Notes: generated by a model from the sequence alone, not told the origin. DNA of 47,773 nucleotides from Candidatus Uhrbacteria bacterium (GCA_016235605.1 JACRJW010000075.1:1-47773), one strand, 5' to 3'. Counted from the first letter of the stretch, positions 35,412 to 44,133 are shown. Program-made: numbers and translations.

Positions 35412-35497
35412 TGGTGGGCAGGGAAGGATTCGAACCTTCGAAGGCGTAAGCCAAGAGATTTACAGTCTCTCCTCGTTGACCGCTTGAGTACCTGCCC
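35412..35497 (-). tRNA. tRNA-Tyr (anticodon GTA), long variable arm
   Basis: rc reads GGGCAGG .. AGAGA-CTGTAAA-TCTCT .. variable stem .. GAAGG-TTCGAAT-CCTTC CCTGCCC A CCA. Confidence 0.9.
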
Positions 35498-35502
35498 AAA
35501 AC

Positions 35503-35578
35503 TGGAGCCGTTGATCGGGATTGAACCGATGACCTCATCCTTACCATGGATGTGCTCTACCAACTGAGCTACAACGGC
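35503..35578 (-). tRNA. tRNA-Thr (anticodon GGT)
   Basis: rc reads GCCGTTG TA GCTC AGTTGGTA GAGC A CATCC-ATGGTAA-GGATG .. ATCGG-TTCAATC-CCGAT CAACGGC T CCA. Confidence 0.9.
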
Positions 35579-35603
35579 AAAAGCGCGAGAATCGTAGCAA
35601 AGC

Positions 35604-36452
35604 TCATCCCTCTTGTGAAGACTCTCCTACGGGTTTCTCGGTTCCGCTCGTTGTCTTCTGGATATACGCGTCTTTCTTTTCCTGAAACCGTCTCTCAAAC
35701 TCTTCGATCTTTTGATTCTCCGGGTTCACGTCTTTGAGCGCAAGAATTCCCTTGCGCGCATCTTTCAAGGATCCCGTCTCAAGAGCGGCATGAATATAAA
35801 AATCCAGGTAACGAGGATTTTTCGGCCGCTTTTCAACCGCCTTGCGCAAAAACGTAAGCGCCTGTTTTGGGTGTCCCTGCTTCATCTCAAGTTCAGCCAG
35901 CGACACGTGCACACTGGCATCGTTGGGTGAGATCCTGAGCGTAAACTGCAGGGTCTCGCGCGCCTGATCAAACTGCCCGCTCTCGATGTACATGTTCCCC
36001 AGCGCCTCATAGGCATCGACGCTCTTGGGATTGTGGCTGATGACATCGATAAAAATTTTCTCCGCAGGGATGAACTCATCTTGGTCGATCAGCTTCTGCG
36101 CTTCTTCGAGCCGCTGTTTGATCCGCTCCTCATTGTAACTGTGCGTGCCTTCAGAGGCCGTGCGCCGGAGCCGTTGATAGGACTGCTCCAATCGATAGAG
36201 CCGTTGGACGGCGCGCCGTCCATAACGCGAAATGATCTTCACAGCCTCGCCGACCATCCGCGCAACGCCCTGCAGTTTGGCGCCGCCTGTACGCTGGAGT
36301 TTCGAGAGGATGATCTGCTCCTTCACTCGTCGCTCATGCTCTTTGGGAATCGAGGCAACGTCAATCACCCGGATCTGTGGGAGCTTGCGCAACACAACCA
36401 CAGCCATGATAGACGCAGAAGCCAAGATGAGCAGAGTGAGGATCCAATTCAT
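35604..36452 (-). CDS. membrane-anchored TPR-repeat protein
   Basis: N-terminal TM; C-terminal tetratricopeptide-like repeats (AYEALGNMYIESGQFDQARETLQ..., ALTFLRKAVE..). Confidence 0.7.
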   Translation of the reverse strand: MNWILTLLILASASIMAVVVLRKLPQIRVIDVASIPKEHERRVKEQIILSKLQRTGGAKLQGVARMVGEAVKIISRYGRRAVQRLYRLEQSYQRLRRTASEGTHSYNEERIKQRLEEAQKLIDQDEFIPAEKIFIDVISHNPKSVDAYEALGNMYIESGQFDQARETLQFTLRISPNDASVHVSLAELEMKQGHPKQALTFLRKAVEKRPKNPRYLDFYIHAALETGSLKDARKGILALKDVNPENQKIEEFERRFQEKKDAYIQKTTSGTEKPVGESSQEG

Positions 36453-36455
36453 AAG

Positions 36456-37229
36456 CTATGTTTGCGCTTCAAGAACTTCACACGCGGCATGGACAATATC
36501 GCGAAACTGGTTGATCTTCACGCTCGCGCCTCCCACCAAGACCCCATCGACTTCTTTCTCCCGAAGAAACCCGTACGCATTCTCCCCATCCACCGATCCT
36601 CCATAGAGGACACGCAGCTGGCTGAGGGTACGCTCACCCAGAATTTCTTGTACCAAAGATCGGATGGACGACTGCATCTCAACAATGTCTGCGACGGTTG
36701 CCGATTCTCCTGTCCCAATTGCCCACACCGGTTCGTAGGCCACAAGCAGGTGATCGGATGGACGCAAGCGGACTCCTGAGAGGGCCGCCTTCAGTTGCCC
36801 CAAGACGACTTCCTTTGACTTCCCTGCTTGACGTTCTTGTTTTGTTTCACCGACACACAGGATAGGAGTCAACTGATGTTCAAGCACATGCAAAACTTTT
36901 TTATTGACCATCTCATCCGTCTCACCCAACTGGTGACGTCGTTCTGAGTGACCGATGATCGCATGGGTCACGCCCAATTCTTGAAGCATGCGCGCGGAAA
37001 TTTCGCCGGTAAAAGCGCCCGCCTCTTCCCAAAAAACATTTTGTGCCCCCAGAAGCGCTCCGGAACGCGCCACGACTTTGCGCACTTCCGAAAGCGCGAC
37101 AGAGGGCGGACAGATGACCAATTCGGGAAGATGTTTGCGTCCACGCAACGTCAAGAGGGTGCCGCGGGCAAGCGCGACAGATTCTCTCACACCGACATTC
37201 ATCTTCCAGTTGGCGATAATAGTTTTCAT
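36456..37229 (-). CDS. tpiA: triosephosphate isomerase
   Basis: ANWKMN, IIGHSERR, AYEPVWAIGTG and YGGSV motifs. Confidence 0.9.
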   Translation of the reverse strand: MKTIIANWKMNVGVRESVALARGTLLTLRGRKHLPELVICPPSVALSEVRKVVARSGALLGAQNVFWEEAGAFTGEISARMLQELGVTHAIIGHSERRHQLGETDEMVNKKVLHVLEHQLTPILCVGETKQERQAGKSKEVVLGQLKAALSGVRLRPSDHLLVAYEPVWAIGTGESATVADIVEMQSSIRSLVQEILGERTLSQLRVLYGGSVDGENAYGFLREKEVDGVLVGGASVKINQFRDIVHAACEVLEAQT

Positions 37230-37244
37230 AGTTCGACAGGCTCA

Positions 37245-38546
37245 CTATCCAGATAATCCTGCGGCCTTGAGAAACGCTTTTTCATCTTTGAACGGCCCAA
37301 TGGCGGCAATAGACATCTTTTTGATATTCAGAATATCTTGTGCGACCTGTTGTACCTCGCTCACAGTGACCGCGTCAATCTCTTTCATTCTTTCCTCAGG
37401 AGTCAGTGCGCGATCAAGCAACAGCTCTTGTCGGACGTACCAATCAGCACGAGCCGACGATTCTTCAAGCTTGAGCAGGATGCGACCACGGTAATTTTCT
37501 TTTGCTTCCCTGAGCTCACACGCCGTGACGCCGGTCTTTTTGATTTTCTCGACCTCAGACAAAATCGTTTTCACCGCATCCTTGAGCCGCGCTTGATCGA
37601 GTCCTGAACGGATCATGAACGCACCCACGTCATCGTACGTCCCGTTTTCGGCACGCACGTGGTAGCACAAACCTTTGCGTTCTCGGACGGAGATAAACAA
37701 ACGAGACGACATGGTGCCTCCCAGAATCGTCGCAAGCAACGACACGGCCGAGTTACGTTTGTCCGACGCCCCGTAGGAGGGAAATCCAAGCGCGAGCTGG
37801 ATCTGTTCGAGTTTTTTGTTTTGGATACGGCAACGGAGCCTTTGTGCCGTTTGCGCCTTTTGCCCCCCTTTGTCTCCCTCTGTGTGAAACCCCTCAAACG
37901 CGACCGGCGAATGCCTCCCCTTCACGGATTCAAATGTTTTTTTCACGAGTGCGAGTGCCTTTTTATCAACGCAACCTGCAAGCCCAACCACCATGCGCGA
38001 CGGCACATAATGCTGATCGCGATAGGTAATGACGTTTTTACGAGTCATGGATAGCATACGTTTCGCGTCGCCGGCAATGTCCCAGCCCAAGGGCGAGCCA
38101 TCAAACATCGTAGCCTCCAAGAGTTCCTCTACGTGCATGACTGGATTCTCGTTGTACATTTTGATCTCCTCGATGATGACGCGCCGTTCGCGGTTCATTT
38201 CTTTGGGGTCGTACGTGGAATGAAAAATCATGTCGTGGAGAAGATCAACCGCGAGCGGCACCTGCGATGACTCGATCGTCACATAGTAACCGGTGTATTC
38301 CTTGCCCGTGAATGCATTGTACTCAGCGCCCACGGCATCGAGGTCACGACTGATGTTGAGCGTCGTCGGTCGACGCTTGGTGCCCTTGAACATCAAGTGT
38401 TCAATAAAATGTGAAGCACCGTTGATCGCTGGATATTCGTAACGTGAACCAACCTTCACGAGCACAAGCACGGTCACGGCTTGCGTTCCAGAGTATGGGA
38501 GAAGATGCACCCGCATGCCGTTTGAAAGGACGAGAGGAGTTTTCAT
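37245..38546 (-). CDS. M16-family (pitrilysin/insulinase-like) zinc peptidase
   Basis: HFIEHLMFKGT (HxxEH) motif plus a second M16_C half. Confidence 0.85.
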   Translation of the reverse strand: MKTPLVLSNGMRVHLLPYSGTQAVTVLVLVKVGSRYEYPAINGASHFIEHLMFKGTKRRPTTLNISRDLDAVGAEYNAFTGKEYTGYYVTIESSQVPLAVDLLHDMIFHSTYDPKEMNRERRVIIEEIKMYNENPVMHVEELLEATMFDGSPLGWDIAGDAKRMLSMTRKNVITYRDQHYVPSRMVVGLAGCVDKKALALVKKTFESVKGRHSPVAFEGFHTEGDKGGQKAQTAQRLRCRIQNKKLEQIQLALGFPSYGASDKRNSAVSLLATILGGTMSSRLFISVRERKGLCYHVRAENGTYDDVGAFMIRSGLDQARLKDAVKTILSEVEKIKKTGVTACELREAKENYRGRILLKLEESSARADWYVRQELLLDRALTPEERMKEIDAVTVSEVQQVAQDILNIKKMSIAAIGPFKDEKAFLKAAGLSG

Positions 38547-38595
38547 AGGGAAAAGGTGGACCAGGTGGATCAGGTGGATGAGGTAGACTCAGGCT

Positions 38596-39930
38596 TCAGC
38601 CTGGGAGTTGCTGCGCAAAATAATTTTCTAACTCATCAATCTTCACGCGCGTCTGTTTCATGGTGTCGCGGTCGCGGACCGTGACCGCGTTGTCGGTGAG
38701 GGTGTCGAAGTCAACGGTCACGCAGTACGGCGTGCCGATTTCGTCTTGGCGACGGTAGCGTTTGCCGATGGATTGCGTTTCGTCATAATCTGTCGCCCAG
38801 CGCTGTCGTAGACGGTCGGCGAGTGGTCCTGCCACGACCGCGAGTTCATCTTTTTTACTGAGAGGAAGTACCGCGATTTTGAATGGCGCGAGAGCTTTGG
38901 GAAGTTTTAGCACGACCCGTTTGTCTGTCTCGCCTTCTTCAGCGGTCGGGGCTGCTTCCTCGTGATACGCTTCCAAGAGCGTGATCAAAACCGTGCGATC
39001 GATCCCAAACGTCGGCTCGATAACGTGAGGAACGTATTTCTCGTTGGTCTTTGGATCGGTGAAGCGCATATCCGCCCCTGACTTTTCCATGTGGCGCTTC
39101 AGGTCAAAGTCCGTCCGATATGCCAAGCCGTAGAGTTCTTTTTGGCCAAATGGATACAGATACTCGATATCAATCGTCCGCTTAGAGTAATGCGCGCGCT
39201 CACCGTCTTCGATTTCGTGAAACACCAAGTGCTCACGATTCACACCACAAAAATCAAGCCAGCTCTTCATTTGCTCAAGCCAATACTCAAACCACTTTTC
39301 CCATTCGCTATCGTGCACAAAATATTCAAACTCCATCAAATTGAACTCGCGAGTGCGAAAAATGAAATTCCCAGGCGTGATCTCGTTGCGAAAACACTTC
39401 CCTTGCTGGGCGATTCCAAACGGCACACGTTTGCGGCTCGCGGTCAGAACCTGGGGAAGATCCACAAACATCGCCTGCGCCAATTCTCCCCGCAGATACG
39501 CAACGGACGCTGAATCTTCTGTGGAACCCACGAACGTTTTGAAAAGTAAATTGAAATTTTTTGGATCTGTGAATCCGTCCTTGGTCCCGCAACGCGCACA
39601 AGCTTTGCCCGTGTCCATTTGATCCGCCCGAAAACGCTCGTGACATTTTTTGCACTCCACGAGTGGATCGGTAAATCCCTCCACGTGCCCCGACGCTTCC
39701 CACACTTTTGGATTCATGATGACGGCCGCGTCAATCCCAACCATATCTCCCCGTGACGTCACAAATCTCTGCCACCACGCATTCATAATGTTGCGCTTGA
39801 GCTCGGTTCCCAGCGGGCCGTAATCCCACGAGTTCGCCATCCCTCCATAAATATCCGAACCCGGAAACACGAACCCCCGCGACTTCGCGAGGGCAACGAG
39901 TTTTTCCATGGTGACTGAGGATATCTTCAT
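38596..39930 (-). CDS. glyQS: glycine--tRNA ligase (homodimeric class II)
   Basis: 444 aa; RGFVFPGSDIYGG, class II motifs, C-terminal anticodon-binding domain. Confidence 0.95.
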   Translation of the reverse strand: MKISSVTMEKLVALAKSRGFVFPGSDIYGGMANSWDYGPLGTELKRNIMNAWWQRFVTSRGDMVGIDAAVIMNPKVWEASGHVEGFTDPLVECKKCHERFRADQMDTGKACARCGTKDGFTDPKNFNLLFKTFVGSTEDSASVAYLRGELAQAMFVDLPQVLTASRKRVPFGIAQQGKCFRNEITPGNFIFRTREFNLMEFEYFVHDSEWEKWFEYWLEQMKSWLDFCGVNREHLVFHEIEDGERAHYSKRTIDIEYLYPFGQKELYGLAYRTDFDLKRHMEKSGADMRFTDPKTNEKYVPHVIEPTFGIDRTVLITLLEAYHEEAAPTAEEGETDKRVVLKLPKALAPFKIAVLPLSKKDELAVVAGPLADRLRQRWATDYDETQSIGKRYRRQDEIGTPYCVTVDFDTLTDNAVTVRDRDTMKQTRVKIDELENYFAQQLPG

Positions 39931-39946
39931 AGGGTAAAACCTTTTC

Positions 39947-40060
39947 TGATCACGGCAAGACAGATGGATTTTCGACGAATGGTCTGGCGAGCCCCACCTG
40001 ACCCGGTAGCGTGGGGTCGGACAGACCTGAGGAGAAAAGACGGCTGTCTTGCCGTGATCA
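39947..40060. other. 114-nt rod-like hairpin between frr and glyQS
   Basis: Perfect 17-bp stem TGATCACGGCAAGACAG/CTGTCTTGCCGTGATCA enclosing GGTCTG/CAGACC and CCCCAC/GTGGGG helices; it abuts the frr stop codon. Confidence 0.65.
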
Positions 40061-40615
40061 CTATACAGTCATTATTTCTTTTTCTTTCGTGTCTCCTGTC
40101 TCTTCCACCTTGTCAATATACTCTTTTGTCATCTTATCAACTTCATCGAACAGCTTAAACTTTTCGTCTTCACTCACGGCTTTGTTCTTTTCCATGTCAA
40201 CGACTTCCCCACGAATTTCCTCTCGCACTTGGCGCAGCGAAACACGCGTCTCCTCCAAAAACTCTTTCATCTTTTTGACCATGGCCTTGCGGTTATCTTC
40301 CGTCATCTGCGGCATCAGAATACGGATGACCGTGCTGTCCACCACCGGCGAGAGGCCAACGCCCGCATCACGGATGCCTTTTTCGATGTTTTTGAGAAGA
40401 CTCTTGTCCCACGGATCGATCACAATCGTTTTCGCATCGGCCGTGGAGATCGAAGCCAAGCCCTTGATCTCCATGGTTGCGTCGTAAGCAGAAACAGAAA
40501 TATTCTCCACAAGCGCTGGTGTGGCACGGCCGGTGCGCAACTGTCCCAACTCTTTTTGGAGATGCAGGAGTGCGGCTTCAAACGCCGGTTTTTTTTCAAC
40601 CAAGATCGCATGCAT
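40061..40615 (-). CDS. frr: ribosome recycling factor
   Basis: 184 aa; ...LRTGRATPALVENI.V.AYD....IKGLASIS... typical RRF sequence. Confidence 0.9.
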   Translation of the reverse strand: MHAILVEKKPAFEAALLHLQKELGQLRTGRATPALVENISVSAYDATMEIKGLASISTADAKTIVIDPWDKSLLKNIEKGIRDAGVGLSPVVDSTVIRILMPQMTEDNRKAMVKKMKEFLEETRVSLRQVREEIRGEVVDMEKNKAVSEDEKFKLFDEVDKMTKEYIDKVEETGDTKEKEIMTV

Positions 40616-40617
40616 AG

Positions 40618-41664
40618 CTAGTCCGTTGCGGAAGCGACACCGAGATACACGACCCCTGACTCATCAGGATCCACGATCATCGCCCGTGGGACGCGAGCGG
40701 TTGGAAGCCGCTCCGTATCCCACGTCGATCCGGCATCGTCTGAATGATAGAACGTCGAGTTCGCGGCGTAGTAGAGCGTGTCAGGATCAGCCACGTCCAT
40801 GCCCACGGCACGGATGGTGACTTGACCGGCGGACGTCACTAACTGAACCGCTTCCCATGTCGCGCCAAAATCTTCTGAACGCACCAGTCCATACCCGGTG
40901 GCCGCGATCACCACTCCAGAATCTTCACTTTGGATCATGGTATACACATCCTGGGACTTTTGCAGGTCGCTCAAGCCGCCATCCACTTCTTCCCAGTTTG
41001 AACCTGCATCTGCGGTTTTGTAAAGACCTTTCCCGTACGTTGAGACAAGGACTTTCCTGGAGTCAGTGGTGTGAATCAAGATACTGGAAATTTCCTCACC
41101 GGTTTTGAGGACTGTCTGCCAGGTGTCGCCTGAGTCCGCGCTTTTGAGCACGTCGCCATTGGAGAGGCCCATCCAGATCGTGCGTGCATTGAACCAGTCC
41201 ACCGTCACCTGCACGACACTCACACCAGAACGGTTATCGACATACGTTTCAGAATCAAACGAACGCATGCAATCGTCCGTGCGGTAGAGACGCGCCCCTT
41301 TGGCCACATAGACCGTGCACACGTCCGTGGGATCCACCTCGATGTGATAAATCAGACCGTCCGCGAGGGCGTCATTCTCCGGTTGCCGCCAGGAGACGCC
41401 GGAATCTTCCGAATACAACATCCCGTTTTGACGCGTCCCAATGTACAGGAACGTATCATCTTGTGGATCCATTTCCATATTGAGCACGTCGGTGGTCGCA
41501 AGCGTTCCGATGCCTGAAGCGGTTGGAACGATCACCGTCTGCGTCCAATCTTGTCCAGCGTTTATGGATGTAAATACTCCGCCGTCGGAGCTAGAGGACG
41601 AGGAGCTGGAACAACCAGCGCCAATGAGTAAAAGAGAAAGAGCGATGAGTGAAAAGCCTTTCAT
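40618..41664 (-). CDS. BNR/Asp-box repeat beta-propeller lipoprotein
   Basis: Lipobox IGAGC plus poly-Ser; repeated SxDxGxTW boxes (SEDSGVSW, SADSGDTW, TADAGSNW, SEDFGATW, SDDAGSTW). Confidence 0.7.
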   Translation of the reverse strand: MKGFSLIALSLLLIGAGCSSSSSSSSDGGVFTSINAGQDWTQTVIVPTASGIGTLATTDVLNMEMDPQDDTFLYIGTRQNGMLYSEDSGVSWRQPENDALADGLIYHIEVDPTDVCTVYVAKGARLYRTDDCMRSFDSETYVDNRSGVSVVQVTVDWFNARTIWMGLSNGDVLKSADSGDTWQTVLKTGEEISSILIHTTDSRKVLVSTYGKGLYKTADAGSNWEEVDGGLSDLQKSQDVYTMIQSEDSGVVIAATGYGLVRSEDFGATWEAVQLVTSAGQVTIRAVGMDVADPDTLYYAANSTFYHSDDAGSTWDTERLPTARVPRAMIVDPDESGVVYLGVASATD

Positions 41665-41667
41665 AGG

Positions 41668-42570
41668 TTAGATGCTCAGAGCAATATGCTCGAGAGCTAA
41701 ATGAGGATTGATATTATGACGGGCCGCTTGGCGGGTTTCACAGAGGCGATTGAGAAAAGATACGAGAGGTGGACAGGTAGATGAGGTGGTGAGGAGAAGT
41801 TGACGGCGGGCGACGGTTTGGAGTTCTGTAATCACTTTCTGTAAACGAGAGGCACTGTTCACTTCACCTTTTGGAATGAACTCCATCACGAGACGCAGAC
41901 GCTCCGGCAAACTCGCGGCGAGAAATGCTTCTGCTTGCGCACGATCCGTTTCACGCACGGCTCGGTACGCACTATCTTTGAGGAACCGCAGAGCGAGTCC
42001 AGGCCGGCCTTCGCTGTGAAGCGCGGCTTCGTGTGCATCTGATTGACTGAACCCAGCGCAGATCAGTCCATCAACGATCGCCGTCTGCGCGACAACCGTG
42101 AAGCGCATCACCTGACAACGCGACGCAATGGTTGCAGGGACATCTTCAAGACTCGGCGCGCGCAGAATAAAAAGCGTCTGACCCTTGGGCTCCTCGAGCG
42201 TTTTCAAAAGCGCGTTCGCGCCGCCCATGGAGAGCTTGTGCGCTTCCTCGATGAAGATGACTTTGGTGTCGCCAGTAAACGATGTCATGGATAGTCGACC
42301 AACGAGATCACGCACCTGTCGCACCGAGATATTCGATTTGCGCTTGCCCGTCTTTTCATCATCGAGGCGCTTGAGCTCGAGATAGTCTGGCTGAGTCTCT
42401 AAATTTTGCACTCCCAGAACCTCACGACACAGAGCCTTTGCCACCATCGTCTTCCCGACGTGATCTGAACCGATAAAAAGCAGGGCATGAGGCAGGGATG
42501 TATGCGCGACCATCTTGCCAAGAACCTCTTTTGCCGGAGTGTGACCGATGATCGAAGAGAAGAGCTCCAT
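41668..42570 (-). CDS. holB: DNA polymerase III subunit delta' (HolB)
   Basis: AAA+ clamp-loader pattern HALLFIGSDHVGKT, IFIEEAHKLS, TLEEP; trimmed to ATG 42570 (MELFSS). Confidence 0.75.
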   Translation of the reverse strand: MELFSSIIGHTPAKEVLGKMVAHTSLPHALLFIGSDHVGKTMVAKALCREVLGVQNLETQPDYLELKRLDDEKTGKRKSNISVRQVRDLVGRLSMTSFTGDTKVIFIEEAHKLSMGGANALLKTLEEPKGQTLFILRAPSLEDVPATIASRCQVMRFTVVAQTAIVDGLICAGFSQSDAHEAALHSEGRPGLALRFLKDSAYRAVRETDRAQAEAFLAASLPERLRLVMEFIPKGEVNSASRLQKVITELQTVARRQLLLTTSSTCPPLVSFLNRLCETRQAARHNINPHLALEHIALSI

Positions 42571-42692
42571 ACGGACAATAGTATAGCACGCTGCCAAAAT
42601 GGCTCTGTGATGTCCAGCATAGTAAACAGATGTTTATCAGCTTATCTTAACTAATTTTAGATAAAATTCGGAAGCTTAGCTCCCGAAGAGTC

Positions 42693-42721
42693 TTGACAAA
42701 GTTGACAAAATATGATAGACT
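42693..42721 (+). promoter_or_regulatory. sigma70-like promoter of the accessory block
   Basis: TTGACA (42693-42698), 17-nt spacer, TAGACT (42716-42721); a GGAAGCTTAGCTCCCG box lies 7 bp upstream. Confidence 0.5.
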
Positions 42722-42758
42722 GCGCCCATACAAGATCACACAAAGCACCATACAAAAC

Positions 42759-42884
42759 AGAAACTTTTGAAAAAAGATGAGATGCGAAGTGCTGGAGGTG
42801 AGTAAAGGGCGAGGCGTAGGTAAATCCTACGGTGAGGTCTTTACGAACCGAAGCACGAGCAGATCGCTTTTTTCAAAAGTTTCT
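42759..42884 (+). ncRNA. 126-nt hairpin closed by a perfect 18-bp stem
   Basis: AGAAACTTTTGAAAAAAG/CTTTTTTCAAAAGTTTCT; inner helices GTAAAG/CTTTAC and CGTAGG-taaat-CCTACG. Confidence 0.55.
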
Positions 42885-42897
42885 AAACATTCTCTGG

Positions 42898-43418
42898 GGA
42901 GAGAGTACTAGGCCAAGTAAATGGCCATCAGGCAAAGGTGTTAGGTATTAGGTTATAGGTTGTAGCAAATAACTACATATCTACGATCTAAAGCCTAATA
43001 CCTAAAAGCCGGTTCCTGCATGTATCTCTCCTAACTCGATGCATTCAGCAACCGGTTTTTTGTCTGCCTACCACCTACAACCTAATACCTACTACCTGAT
43101 TTCTTCAGCCTCATGGAGGAGAGAGTACCCGTCCATCCAATGCTTCGGCAGAGGATGGCGGTGATCGCCAAATGGTCCGACTAGGCCTCGGCTTACTCGT
43201 TCCATATGCATGGCGATCACGAAGCATATTGTCCTTCGGGAGAATCACTGCTTCATCACTACCTCCAGTAGGTTGCAGGGATCATCCGATGCAGAAACTC
43301 GGAGGAGAGAGAAAAGGACCACCAAATGACTCGACTGGGTTTACTCACTCGATTCATACGCCCGGTGATCCTCGGCCTACACCAGCCCTCGGGCAGGTCA
43401 CTGGACCATTCTTCTCCG
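42898..43418 (+). ncRNA. three tandem GGAGAGAG-box structured units (unassigned RNA family)
   Basis: Unit 1 42898-43031, unit 2 43114-43267 (closing helix TGGAGG/CCTCCA around three hairpins, two capped by cUUCGg), unit 3 43300-43418; units 2 and 3 share collinear sequence blocks. Confidence 0.45.
43009..43062 (+). terminator. terminator-like hairpin plus T6 inside the leader (possible attenuator)
   Basis: CCGGTT..TGCAT..ATGCA..AACCGG followed by TTTTTTG; its loop contains the 3' strand (TATCTCTCC) of the unit-1 closing helix. Confidence 0.4.
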
Positions 43419-43489
43419 AATTCCTGTGTCGGACCAGAACCCACCGACCAGAACACCGGCAAGCCACAAACTTGCCAAAGGAAAATCAC

Positions 43490-43711
43490 ATGGATCATTC
43501 GATCCTCCTCCACCGTGCCCCGACTCCGTTCTTCTTCTGCACCGCCGACGAGGACCGCTTCCTGGCAACCGGCATCGCCAACTGCACCGGCACCGAGGTT
43601 CCCAGCGCGGCGCTTCGTCGCCGCTTCGGCGTCCCGGTCTACGTCGTCCCCCGCGGCACCAACCGCATCCCGCCCAGCGCCAACCAGGAGCTGGTGGCAG
43701 TCGCGAAGTGA
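43490..43711 (+). CDS. 73-aa hypothetical protein (first ORF of the GC-rich island)
   Basis: ATG 43490 preceded by AAGGAAA and by hairpin GGCAAG-ccacaaa-CTTGCC; GC3-rich from this point; the upstream part of ORF-track 43172..43711 is the structured leader. Confidence 0.45.
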   Translation: MDHSILLHRAPTPFFFCTADEDRFLATGIANCTGTEVPSAALRRRFGVPVYVVPRGTNRIPPSANQELVAVAK

Positions 43712-43788
43712 ACGGCTGACGCGACCGGGAACTCACGGTGAGGGTGTGCACAACACACTCTCACCGATCCCTCAAAGCACATCAGGAA

Positions 43789-43909
43789 CCTCTGCAAAAC
43801 TCGCGATCTTTGCTTTCACAGGCGCCCAGGCACCTCCTCAACGTACGTGTTTAGTACGTTTCGGAGGCTGCCAGCCCGTTCAAGCAAATCTCATCGAGTT
43901 TTGCAGAGG
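43789..43909. repeat. about 120-nt rod-like hairpin element, copy 2
   Basis: Closing stem CCTCTGCAAAACTCG/CGAGTTTTGCAGAGG; the interior differs from copy 1 at only 2 positions. Confidence 0.75.
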
Positions 43910-43950
43910 TTTGATCAATAACTGATGTCCTTCGAGGGATTACCAAACTC

Positions 43951-44133
43951 TATAGTCATCACACCATGAAAGAGGACTTTAGACGCCACGCCTGTAGATG
44001 GGATGCGCCGTCCTGGAGCGTGGAAAAACCGCAGAGGTATCCGTAGATACCTTGAGGATTTTTCCACGCGAAGGACAAGCAGACCGCCACGGGCGTGGAT
44101 GGATAAATCCTGTTTCATGGTGTGATGACTATA
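43951..44133. repeat. 183-nt rod-like element bounded by perfect 21-bp inverted repeats
   Basis: TATAGTCATCACACCATGAAA (43951-43971) and TTTCATGGTGTGATGACTATA (44113-44133); inner helices CCACGCC/GGCGTGG, GTCCT/AGGAC, CGTGGAAAAA/TTTTTCCACG, AGGTATC/GATACCT. Confidence 0.7.

Noticed and set aside
35195-35567. ORFs 35195..35563 (-) and 35331..35567 (+)
   Set aside because: They lie entirely over three tRNA genes and their spacer.
39931-40060. T-box leader upstream of glyQS
   Set aside because: It is too short for Stem I plus an antiterminator, and the conserved T-box sequence (..GGGUGG.ACCGCG..) is not present.
42898-43418. Glycine riboswitch or yybP-ykoY (Mn2+) riboswitch, suggested by CUCUGGGGAGAGAGUAC and AUCAGGCAAAGG
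   Set aside because: The other conserved cores I remember are absent: ACCGAAGGGGCAA for glycine, and GGGGAGUAGC with the UUGACAUA/AGCAAGACC partner for yybP. The resemblance is limited to a GGAGAG box, so it is left unassigned.
43172-43489. 5' two-thirds of ORF-track 43172..43711 and the other small ORFs across 43172-43925
   Set aside because: There is no RBS and no codon bias before 43490. The stretch is fully accounted for by helices of structured units 2 and 3, including cUUCGg loops.
42722-43489. RNase P RNA, tmRNA, SRP RNA or 6S RNA in the long non-coding stretch
   Set aside because: There is no GAGGAAAGUCC or ACAGAAA (RNase P). There is no tRNA-like GGUUCGA..CCACCA end or tag ORF (tmRNA). 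There is no GGAAG.AGCA domain-IV motif (SRP). The tandem-unit layout fits none of them.
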